From NCBI GenBank assembly GCA_947085095.1, contig CAMTVD010000012.1, forward strand, positions 1-64,000: a stretch of DNA of 64,000 nucleotides, written 5' to 3'. Within the stretch, counting starts at the first letter, position 1. Each line of letters starts with the position of its first letter. This DNA comes from an uncultured Thermus sp. (lineage in GTDB: Bacteria > Deinococcota > Deinococci > Deinococcales > Thermaceae). The notes beneath the pieces are model-generated. The model was given only the letters and a program-made list of their open reading frames with translations, did no database searches and was not told the origin of the DNA. Below are positions 10,841 through 18,818 of this stretch, piece after piece. The position numbers and the translations under genes are program-made.

Positions 10841-11118
10841 GCCCCAAGTCTACGCCGGGCCTCCTCCAGGAGGGGCCGCCAGTGCAAGCCGAGGTACGGG
10901 GAGGGGAAGCCCTGTAGTTTCCCCTCTGCCTTTCGCAGGTTCCGCAAGCCGCTTCGCCCCGCCTGAAGCTGGTGTAGGGTTGCGGCCAAGAGGATGAGTC
11001 CCTGCAGGAACCGCCGCTTTTCCCCTTCGGCCTCCCGCCAGGCTTCCTCCAGAACCTCATGGGCCTCAAAGAAACGGCCCTCCTGGAAAAGGTGCCAGGC
11101 CTCACACAAGGCTTCCAC
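10837..11118 (-). CDS. DUF309 family protein
   Basis: FFEAHEVLEEAW..FLQGLI motif. Confidence 0.85.
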   Translation of the reverse strand: MEALCEAWHLFQEGRFFEAHEVLEEAWREAEGEKRRFLQGLILLAATLHQLQAGRSGLRNLRKAEGKLQGFPSPYLGLHWRPLLEEARRRLGA

Positions 11119-11140
11119 CCCTTCAGGCTAAACTCTTCCC

Positions 11141-11950
11141 ATGCGCTTCATCCAGGCGGTATGGCTCCTGGTCGCCTTGGCTTCCAGCCCGGGCTTGGGG
11201 CTTAGGCTCGCCACCACCACCAGCGTCTACGACTCCGGGCTTTTGGACCGGCTTTTGCCGGTCTTTGAGCGGGCCACGGGGGTTCGGGTGGAGGTTTTGG
11301 CCGTGGGCACGGGGCAGGCCTTGCGGCTGGCCGAGCGCAAGGATGTGGATGCGGTCCTGGTCCATGCCCCGGACCTCGAGGGGGAAGCCTTGGAGCGCGG
11401 TATCATCGCCCAGCCCTTCTGCCTGGCCCAGAATAGCTTCCTCCTGGTGGGGCCAAAAGGGGATCCCGCCCGGATCCGGGAGGCAGGGGATGTCCTGGAG
11501 GCCTTGCGGCGGATCGCCCGGGCCCAGGCTCCCTTCGTGTCCCGGGGGGACCGCTCGGGCACCCACCTGAAGGAGCTGGAGCTCTGGCGGAAGGCAGGCC
11601 TCACCCCCGAAGGAGGCTGGTACCTGGAGTCCGGGGCGGGCATGGGCCAGACCCTGGTTCTGGCGGCGGAGAAGGGAGCCTATACCCTCTCCGACCTGGC
11701 CACCTACCTCACCGTGGGCCGCAAACGGGGGCTGGAGGCTCTTTATCGGCGGGAGGATCCCCTTCTCTTGAACCAGTACACCTACTACCTGGTGCCTCAG
11801 GGGGCGAAGGCGGAGGAGGCGGAGGCCCTGCGCCGCTTCCTGGCCACGGAGGAGGCGGCTCGGTTGGTGGAGGGTTTGCGGGTGGAGGGGACCCCGCTCT
11901 TTAAGCCCTTGAGGGGGCGGTGTATCATCCCCAGGGGTGGAGGCCGCTGA
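11141..11950 (+). CDS. tupA: Tungstate ABC transporter substrate-binding protein
   Basis: ATTTS tungstate signature, GTGQAL, FVSRGDRSGTH, GMGQTL. Confidence 0.9.
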   Translation: MRFIQAVWLLVALASSPGLGLRLATTTSVYDSGLLDRLLPVFERATGVRVEVLAVGTGQALRLAERKDVDAVLVHAPDLEGEALERGIIAQPFCLAQNSFLLVGPKGDPARIREAGDVLEALRRIARAQAPFVSRGDRSGTHLKELELWRKAGLTPEGGWYLESGAGMGQTLVLAAEKGAYTLSDLATYLTVGRKRGLEALYRREDPLLLNQYTYYLVPQGAKAEEAEALRRFLATEEAARLVEGLRVEGTPLFKPLRGRCIIPRGGGR

Positions 11951-12572
11951 GCTTTTGGAAATCTCCTTGCGCAGCCTCTGGGTGGCGGGGCTTGCTACCT
12001 TGCTGGCGGCTTTTCCCGCCGTGCCCTTGGGGCTTTGGCTGGCCCTTAAGGGGGGTGGGGGGATTTTCGGGCGGATTCTCCTCTATGCCGGCCTCGCCCT
12101 CCCCTCCGTGGTGGTGGGGCTTTTCTTCTACCTCCTCCTTTCCCGCTCGGGGCCTTTGGGATCCTTGGGCCTCCTTTATACACCCTACGCCATGGTGCTG
12201 GCGGAGGCGGTCTTGGCCCTTCCCCTCATCGCCGCCTTCGTGCTTTCGGGGGCCAGGGGTAGGGTGGAGGAGGTGCGGCTTTTGGTGCGGAGCCTGGGGG
12301 GCAAGGAGGGCCAGGTGCTTCCCACCCTGTTCTGGGAAAGCCGCCGCACCCTGGCCGCTGCCTTGGCCGCCGGCTTCGGCGGGGCCATCAGCGAGGTGGG
12401 GGCGGCCACCCTGGTGGGCGGGGATATCCGCCACCACACCCGGGTCCTCACCACGGCCATCGTGGTGGAAACCCGAAAGGGGGAGCTGGAAAGCGCCTTG
12501 GCCTTAGGATTTATTCTCCTGGGGGTGGCCCTCTTGGTCACCGCCCTGCTGGTTATCCTGGAGCGGGAATGA
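11937..12572 (+). CDS. tupB: Tungstate ABC transporter permease
   Basis: LLSRSGPLG, AISEVGA..VGGDI..TRVLTTAI. Confidence 0.9.
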   Translation: MEAAELLEISLRSLWVAGLATLLAAFPAVPLGLWLALKGGGGIFGRILLYAGLALPSVVVGLFFYLLLSRSGPLGSLGLLYTPYAMVLAEAVLALPLIAAFVLSGARGRVEEVRLLVRSLGGKEGQVLPTLFWESRRTLAAALAAGFGGAISEVGAATLVGGDIRHHTRVLTTAIVVETRKGELESALALGFILLGVALLVTALLVILERE

Positions 12573-13249
12573 GTCCGGTTTTGCAGGCCCAGGGGTTGGT
12601 CCACCGCTACGGGGATTTTCGCCTCGAGGTTCCCCACCTCGAGGTTTATGCCGGGGAGATCCTGGCGGTGCTGGGGCCTTCGGGAAGCGGCAAGACCACC
12701 CTCTTGCGCCTTCTTGCGGGCCTCCTTTCCCCGGAAGAAGGCCAGGTGGAAGGAGGATTCCGCGCCTATCTGCCCCAGACCCCACCCCTTCTTCGGCGAA
12801 GCGTCCTGGAAAACGCCGCCTTTGGCCTTTGGCTTAGGGGTGTCCCCCGGCACCAGGCCCTGGCCCGGGCCTTTAGGCTCCTGGAAGAGGTGGGTTTGGA
12901 GGGCAAGGCTCGTCAGCCCGCCCATCTCCTTTCCAGCGGGGAAGCGGTGCGCCTGGCCCTGGCCAGAACGCTTCTGGTGGAGCCTGCGGTCTTGCTCCTG
13001 GACGAGCCCACCGCCAGCCTGGACCCCGCCAACACCCTGAAGGTGGAGGCCATGCTAAAGGAGGCGGCGGAGGGAGGCCGGGGAGTTATCCTGGCCACCC
13101 ATGATCTCTTCCAGGTGCGCAGGCTGGCCCATAGGGTGGTCTTCCTCTTCCAGGGCCAGGTGGTGGAGGAAGCCCCTGCGGACCGGTTTTTCCAAAGCCC
13201 AAGGGACTCGAGGAGCCAGGCTTTTTTGGAGGGGCGGTTGCTTCCTTAA
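12569..13249 (+). CDS. tupC: Tungstate ABC transporter ATPase
   Basis: GPSGSGKT, LSSGE, LLLDEPTASLD; operon context. Confidence 0.87.
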   Translation: MSPVLQAQGLVHRYGDFRLEVPHLEVYAGEILAVLGPSGSGKTTLLRLLAGLLSPEEGQVEGGFRAYLPQTPPLLRRSVLENAAFGLWLRGVPRHQALARAFRLLEEVGLEGKARQPAHLLSSGEAVRLALARTLLVEPAVLLLDEPTASLDPANTLKVEAMLKEAAEGGRGVILATHDLFQVRRLAHRVVFLFQGQVVEEAPADRFFQSPRDSRSQAFLEGRLLP

Positions 13250-13755
13250 CCTCCGCCCCGGGCTGCGGCCAGCTGGATCCTTTGGAACCAGGCCTCGGCC
13301 TCCTCGCCCTCCACCTCCACCTGGAGCTGGGGGAGGGAAAGGCTTCCCACCCTTAAGGGTTCCGCCTCGGCGAAGCGCACCCGGGCCCCGGGGAGGGCGT
13401 AGACTCCCTCCTCCAGCTTTCTCCCGCCCCATTCGCTGAGGTACCTTTCCAAGAGCCAGGCGGGCAAAGCCCCGAAGCGCTGGGCGAAGGTTCCGCCCGC
13501 CACCGGGGGGAAGAGGTCCAAGGTGGCCTCCTCCGTCAGGGGGGTGGCGAGCCCATTCAGGTAGCGCACATCCCGCCCCTCCAGGAAAAGGGAAACCCGT
13601 TCGGCGAGGCTTTCGCCTTCAAAGAGCTCCTCCTTTAGGGTGGGATAGGCCCGGACCAGCGCCTCCAAAACCTCCCCCACCGTCTTGCCTTCCACCCGGA
13701 CCTGGCTTTGACCCGTGAGGTCGCGGAAGGTGGCGTACAGGTTCACCTTGGGCAT
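13246..13755 (-). CDS. MoaD/SAMP-like ubiquitin-fold protein with extra C-terminal domain (DUF1952-like)
   Basis: MPKVNLYATFRD...LFPPVAGG (aa 1-88) followed by an 81-aa domain ending ARGGG. Confidence 0.85.
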   Translation of the reverse strand: MPKVNLYATFRDLTGQSQVRVEGKTVGEVLEALVRAYPTLKEELFEGESLAERVSLFLEGRDVRYLNGLATPLTEEATLDLFPPVAGGTFAQRFGALPAWLLERYLSEWGGRKLEEGVYALPGARVRFAEAEPLRVGSLSLPQLQVEVEGEEAEAWFQRIQLAAARGGG

Positions 13756-13772
13756 AGCCTCAGTCTAAAGGA

Positions 13773-13797
13773 AACCCTGGCCTAAAAGGCCAGGGTT
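13773..13797 (-). terminator. Hairpin / probable terminator after aor
   Basis: AACCCTGGCC-TAAAA-GGCCAGGGTT. Confidence 0.65.
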
Positions 13798-13816
13798 ATG
13801 GGTGCCATTAAAGGGC

Positions 13817-15640
13817 CTAGTCGGCGGCGGCGGAGAGGATGCCCAAGGCCTGGAGCTTGGCCGGGGGCACCACGCCTTTCTCCCAACCCCGCTCCTGGTA
13901 GTATTCCTGCAACATCAGGTCCAGCTCCGTGAGCTGGCCCTTGGAGCCTGCGCAGTCGGAGGGTTCCTTGAGGAAGCGCTCGGGCAGGTAGTCGGAGCCT
14001 TCCGCCCAGCCTGCCAGGTTGTTGTAGTAGCGCTCCAGGTTGTAGATGCGCTCCCCGATGAGGAGGATCTCCTCGGGGGTCACGGGCCGGCCCCAGTAGG
14101 CGGCAAGCTGCTTGGCGTACTCCTCGGGACCCTCGGCGAACTGGCTGAACTTGCAAAGGTCCAAGGAGTCGGTGAAGGCGGAGAGGTCCTGGAAGAGCTT
14201 GGTGAGCTTGCCCTTCCCCTCCCAGGCCAGGGGGTCGGTCTTGTAGGGCACCCCAAGGATCTCCGAGGCGGGGGTGTAGGCCCGGAGGTGGCAGGCCCCA
14301 CGGTTGGAGGTGGCGTAGGCGATGCCCATGCCCTTGAGGCCCCGGGGGTCGTAGGCGGGGATGGACTGCCCCTTGACCTCGAGGGCAATCTCCGGGTGAC
14401 CGATGGCCTTGGCAAAGCGGGCCGGGCCCTCCGCCAGGCTGTCCCCCACGCCCCGGCGGTAGGCGATGGCCTCGATGATGCGGGCCTCGCCCTCCTTGTC
14501 CCCAAAGCGGATCCCATCAGGGCCCTGGTAGTAGCCCTTCTCCGTGGCCTCCATGAGGACGGCGATGGCGTTACCCGTCTCAATGGTGTCCATGCCGTAG
14601 GCGTTACAGAGGTAGATGGCGTAGCCCGTCCAGTCGGTGTCGGTGTGGCCAGAGTGGGCCCCCAAGGCCCAGGCGGACTCGTACTCGTAGGACTCAAAGC
14701 GGATGGCCTTGCCGTTGATGTGGACCTCCACCATCTTCTTGCAGGCCACGGGGCAGGCGTGGCAGGTGTTGTCCTTGATGAGGCGGTGTTCGCGGATGTA
14801 CTCCCCGGAGATGGTCTCTACTCCTTCCATGCAGGTGTGCTGGGCGTTGAAGGTGGGCAGGGCCCCCATTACATTGGTGATGTTCATGAGCACGTTGGTG
14901 CCGTAAAGGGAAAGCCCTCCCTTTTTGGGGGCGGTGACGTTCTTGGGGTCGTTGATGGTGGCCGAGGCCAGCCGGTCGGCTTCCCGCCAGAGCTGGGGGT
15001 CCTTGGGCTGGGGCATGTTCTCCTGCTTGCCCACCACCACGATGGCTTTGAGCTTCTTGCTTCCCGCCACCGCCCCGGTGCCTCCCCGGCCCGCAGCGCG
15101 CTCGTCGTTGTTGATCCAGTTGGCGAACCGCACCAGGTTCTCCCCGGCGGGGCCGATGGCCATCACGTCGGCATCCTTCCCGTGGCGTTCCCGCAGGATG
15201 CGGTGGGTTTCATGGGTGGTCTTGCCCCATAGGTCCGAGGCATCGTGGAGGGTGACCTCCCCATCCTTTACCAGGAGGTAAACGGGTTTGTCCGAGGCCC
15301 CTTTGATGAGGAGCCCGTCGAACCCCGCCCACTTCAGCTTGGCCGCGGTCCAGCCCCCCATGTGGCTATCCGTTACCGTGCCGGTGAGGGGGCTCTTGGT
15401 GACCACCGCCAGGCGCCCCGACATCTTAGCCCGGGTGCCGGAAAGGGGGCCGTTCATGATGCAAAGGAGGTTGTCGGGGCTAAAGGGGTCCACCTTGGGG
15501 CCGTTTTCAAACACGTACTTGACCCCTAGACCCCTCCCGCCCACATACATCTCCAGGTCCTTGGGGTCGGGGGCGAAGTACTCCACCTGGCCTGTAGAGA
15601 GGTTGATACGGGCAATCCTATGGGCATATCCACCGAGCAT
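13817..15640 (-). CDS. aor: Tungsten-dependent aldehyde:ferredoxin oxidoreductase
   Basis: GGRGLG, KSPLTG..DSHMGG, AGRGGTGAV.GSKKLKA, CHACPVAC, GMDTIE, YDPRG..RGACH, DSLDLCKF; RBS AGGAGG. Confidence 0.93.
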   Translation of the reverse strand: MLGGYAHRIARINLSTGQVEYFAPDPKDLEMYVGGRGLGVKYVFENGPKVDPFSPDNLLCIMNGPLSGTRAKMSGRLAVVTKSPLTGTVTDSHMGGWTAAKLKWAGFDGLLIKGASDKPVYLLVKDGEVTLHDASDLWGKTTHETHRILRERHGKDADVMAIGPAGENLVRFANWINNDERAAGRGGTGAVAGSKKLKAIVVVGKQENMPQPKDPQLWREADRLASATINDPKNVTAPKKGGLSLYGTNVLMNITNVMGALPTFNAQHTCMEGVETISGEYIREHRLIKDNTCHACPVACKKMVEVHINGKAIRFESYEYESAWALGAHSGHTDTDWTGYAIYLCNAYGMDTIETGNAIAVLMEATEKGYYQGPDGIRFGDKEGEARIIEAIAYRRGVGDSLAEGPARFAKAIGHPEIALEVKGQSIPAYDPRGLKGMGIAYATSNRGACHLRAYTPASEILGVPYKTDPLAWEGKGKLTKLFQDLSAFTDSLDLCKFSQFAEGPEEYAKQLAAYWGRPVTPEEILLIGERIYNLERYYNNLAGWAEGSDYLPERFLKEPSDCAGSKGQLTELDLMLQEYYQERGWEKGVVPPAKLQALGILSAAAD

Positions 15641-15716
15641 CCTTTACCTCCTTTTGGGCCAAAGGGAAGACACCCGTTGCGAAGAAGGCCACGCACCGCT
15701 GCCCAGGTTCTGGAGG

Positions 15717-15758
15717 ATTATACCACCCAGACCCCCGGATAATGTAAAGGAGGTTACA
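15717..15758 (-). promoter_or_regulatory. aor promoter with CRP/FNR-family site
   Basis: TATAAT (15722-15717), no good -35; palindrome TGTAA-N6-TTACA at 15743-15758. Confidence 0.65.
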
Positions 15759-15772
15759 GGCATAATGGAGCC

Positions 15773-16675
15773 ATGCTGGCCCTTTTGGGGGAGGTCCTGG
15801 TGGACCTCATTGAGGAAAACCAGGACCCCTTGCGCTTTAGGGGGGTCCTTGGAGGCTCGGTGCTGAACACCGCCACCACCCTGGTCCGGTTGGGGTTTCC
15901 CGTGCGCTTCCTTTCTGAGGTGGGGGAGGACTGGGTTTCCGCCTGGAGCGAGGAGGAGATGAGAAAGCGAGGCCTCGAGCTTAGGCTTTTCCGCCATCCC
16001 GCCCCCATGCCCCTGGCCCTGGTGCGCCTGGATGCGGAGGGAAATGGGGAGTATAGCTTCCACCGTCCCTTTCATCTGCCTTACCGCCCAGGGCCTGAAG
16101 GCCTCCGGGGAGCCAGGGTGTTCCACTTCGGCTCTCTCCTGGCCCTCGAGGCCCGCACCCGGGAAGGGGTAGAGGCCCTCCTCGGGGAGGCGGAAGGGGC
16201 CCTCCTCTCCTACGACCCCAACCTACGAAGCCCCCCGGGGCCAGAGGAACGGGACCGGATTGGGGGATACCTGGAGCGGGTGGACCTCCTCAAGCTCTCC
16301 CTGGAGGACGCCCGCCTCCTCTTTCCCGAAGGCCCCGTGGAGGCGGTGCGGAGGCTTCCCCCCATCCTCAAGGTCCTCACCCTGGGCCCCGAGGGGGCGG
16401 TGGCCTTCCTGGGGGAGGTGGAGGTGCGGGTCCCTGGGGAGAAAGTGAGGGTGGTGGACACCGTGGGAGCGGGGGACACCTTCACCGCGGGCCTTTTGGC
16501 CCTCCTGAGGAAGAGGGGCTTGAACAAGGGGAGTCTTTCCGCCCTGGAAGCGGAAGCCGTGGAGGAGATCCTGAAGGGGGCCACGGCCTTGGCCGCCCTG
16601 GCCTGCACCGTGCGGGGAGCGGGCCTCCCCGAGGAGGGCCTTAAGGCCTGGCGGGCCCGCTTCCTAGGGGATTAG
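15773..16675 (+). CDS. PfkB-family carbohydrate kinase (fructokinase-like)
   Basis: GEVLVD, YDPNLR, VDTVGAGDTFTAG. Confidence 0.9.
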   Translation: MLALLGEVLVDLIEENQDPLRFRGVLGGSVLNTATTLVRLGFPVRFLSEVGEDWVSAWSEEEMRKRGLELRLFRHPAPMPLALVRLDAEGNGEYSFHRPFHLPYRPGPEGLRGARVFHFGSLLALEARTREGVEALLGEAEGALLSYDPNLRSPPGPEERDRIGGYLERVDLLKLSLEDARLLFPEGPVEAVRRLPPILKVLTLGPEGAVAFLGEVEVRVPGEKVRVVDTVGAGDTFTAGLLALLRKRGLNKGSLSALEAEAVEEILKGATALAALACTVRGAGLPEEGLKAWRARFLGD

Positions 16676-17623
16676 GAGGACCTTGCCCATGGTCCTCCGC
16701 CCCTCCAGGGCCTCGTGGGCCTCCTGGGCCTTTTCCAGGGGGAACTCGGCCCCAATCCGCACCTTGAGCCACCCCTCCCTGAGGGCCCGGAAGACCTCCC
16801 CCGCCCGCCAGAGGAGCTCTTTGCGGCTTGCCGTGTAGTGGTGGAGGGTGGGCCGGGTGAGGAAGAGGCTTCCCTTGCGGTTCAGGACCTGGGGGTCCAT
16901 GGGGGGAACGGGCCCCGAGGACTGGCCGAAGAGGACCAGCACACCCCGGGGGCGGAGGGCGTCCAGACTCCCCTCAAAGGTGTCCTTCCCCACCCCATCA
17001 AAAACCGCGTCCACCCCGCCCCCGGAAAGGGCCTTCACCGCCTGGGCGAAGCCCTCGTAGGGAAGGGCGTAGTCCGCCCCGGCCTCCAGGCAGAGGGCCC
17101 GCTTCTCCTCCGTGCTGGCGGTGGCGTAGACCGTGGCCCCCTTGCGCTTGGCCCACTGGATGAATAAGAGGCCCACGCCCCCCGCCCCCGCGTGGATCAG
17201 GACCTGGTCCCCGGGGCGCACGGGGTAGGTGCTCTCCAGGAGGTAGTGGACCGTCATCCCCTGGAGGAGGGCGGCCGCCGCCAACCTCAGGTCCAGCCCT
17301 CCGGGAACGGGGACCAGCCTCTCCGCGGGCACCAGCTGGTACTCCGCGTAAGACCCCTGGACGTTGGCGAAGGCCACCCGGTCCCCCGCCCGCACCCCCA
17401 CCACCCCCTCCCCCACCTTCTCCACCACCCCAGCCCCCTCCTCCCCCAGGGTGAAGGGAAGGGGCAGGGGATAGAGGCCCTTCCGCTTGTAGGTGTCAAT
17501 GTAGTTGACCCCGATGGCCTGAAGCCGGACCAAAACCTCCCCGGGGCCCGGCTCGGGAAGGGGGACCTCCTCCAGCCGCATGACCTCCGGCCCGCCCACC
17601 TGGTGCACCCTTATGGCCTTCAT
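16664..17623 (-). CDS. qor: NADPH:quinone oxidoreductase (zeta-crystallin/Qor family)
   Basis: MKAIRVHQ.GGPEV, GVNYID, HAGAGGVG, KGSLFLTRPTL. Confidence 0.88.
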   Translation of the reverse strand: MKAIRVHQVGGPEVMRLEEVPLPEPGPGEVLVRLQAIGVNYIDTYKRKGLYPLPLPFTLGEEGAGVVEKVGEGVVGVRAGDRVAFANVQGSYAEYQLVPAERLVPVPGGLDLRLAAAALLQGMTVHYLLESTYPVRPGDQVLIHAGAGGVGLLFIQWAKRKGATVYATASTEEKRALCLEAGADYALPYEGFAQAVKALSGGGVDAVFDGVGKDTFEGSLDALRPRGVLVLFGQSSGPVPPMDPQVLNRKGSLFLTRPTLHHYTASRKELLWRAGEVFRALREGWLKVRIGAEFPLEKAQEAHEALEGRRTMGKVLLIP

Positions 17624-17688
17624 GGGACCAGTGTACCGGTACGAACCCCGGCCCACCGCCAGGCCTTACCGGAACTCCTAAGGGGCCA

Positions 17689-18738
17689 CTAGAAACCCCG
17701 CAGGTACTGGGGCGGGACCCCCGCCTCCGCCCCCAGGGCCTTGGCCGCCCTCAGGGGGAAGTAGGGGTCCCGGAGGAGGACCCGGCCCAGGAGGACAAGG
17801 TCGGCGCTTCCCGCCTGGAGGATGGTCTCCGCCTGCTCCGGGGTGGTGATGAGGCCCACCGCCCCCGTGGCCAGGCCCACCCGCTTCCGCACGGCGTCGG
17901 CGAAGGGCACCTGGAAGCCCGGGGCGGCGGGGATCCTGACCCCCGGCACCACCCCCCCGCTGGAGAGGTCCAGGAGGTCCACCCCCAGGGCCTTCAGGGC
18001 CTCGGCGAAGGCCAGGGTGTCCTCGAGGCCCCACCCCCCTTCCCCCCAGTCCGTGGCCGAGACCCGCACCAAAAGGGGAAGCTCTGGGGGGATGACGGCT
18101 CGCACCGCCTCCGCCACCCTGAGGGGAAAGCGCATGCGGTTTTCCCGGCTTCCCCCGTAAAGGTCCTCCCTTCGGTTGGAAAGGGGGGAGAGGAAGGAGG
18201 AGAGGAGGTAGCCGTGGGCCATGTGGAGCTCCACCACCTGGAAGCCCGCCCGGATGGCCCTTTTAGCCCCTTCCACGAAGGCCTCCAGAACCCTTTCCAT
18301 CCCCTCCTCCGTCAAGGCTTCCGGCACGGGGTAGCCCTCGGCGAAGGGGATGGGGCTTGGCCCCACCACCCGCCACCCCAAGGGCTCTCCCCCCTCCCAA
18401 GGGCGGGCGGTGCCCGCCTTGCGCCCCGCGTGGGCCAGCTGGATGCCAGCCACCGCCCCCGCCTCCCGGATGCGGCGGGCGAGCTCAGAGAGGCCCGGGA
18501 GGTGGGCCTCGGACCAGATGCCCAGGTCAAAGGGGCTGATCCGCCCCTCGGGAAGAACGGCCGTGGCCTCCACCAGCACCAGCCCCACCCCGCCCAGGGC
18601 CCGGGTGGGATAGTGGAGGAGGTGCCAGTCCGTGACCTGGCCGTCCTCTGTGGCCGAGTACTGGCACATGGGGGACATGGCCAGGCGGTTTTTGAGGCGA
18701 AGGCCGCGGAGACCCAAGGGGGTAAAGAGCATGGCCAT
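17689..18738 (-). CDS. Old yellow enzyme / NADH:flavin oxidoreductase (thermophilic YqjM-like ene-reductase)
   Basis: [37 protein letters not shown]. Confidence 0.92.
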   Translation of the reverse strand: MAMLFTPLGLRGLRLKNRLAMSPMCQYSATEDGQVTDWHLLHYPTRALGGVGLVLVEATAVLPEGRISPFDLGIWSEAHLPGLSELARRIREAGAVAGIQLAHAGRKAGTARPWEGGEPLGWRVVGPSPIPFAEGYPVPEALTEEGMERVLEAFVEGAKRAIRAGFQVVELHMAHGYLLSSFLSPLSNRREDLYGGSRENRMRFPLRVAEAVRAVIPPELPLLVRVSATDWGEGGWGLEDTLAFAEALKALGVDLLDLSSGGVVPGVRIPAAPGFQVPFADAVRKRVGLATGAVGLITTPEQAETILQAGSADLVLLGRVLLRDPYFPLRAAKALGAEAGVPPQYLRGF

Positions 18739-18766
18739 AACGCCCCTATTATTCCCGAAAGCGTGG

Positions 18767-18799
18767 TAGGCTGAAGGCAAATGAATGGAACCTCTTCCA
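18767..18799 (+). promoter_or_regulatory. Amylopullulanase promoter -10 and LacI-type operator
   Basis: TAGGCT at 18767-18772; TGGAACCTCTTCCA at 18786-18799, similar to the malE operator. Confidence 0.6.
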
Positions 18800-18818
18800 C
18801 GGGGCTCCAAAAGGAGGT

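Noticed and set aside
15641..15710. Calling the aor leader a Moco/Wco riboswitch
   Set aside because: Too short and lacks the multi-stem pattern I can verify; kept only as an SD-hairpin observation
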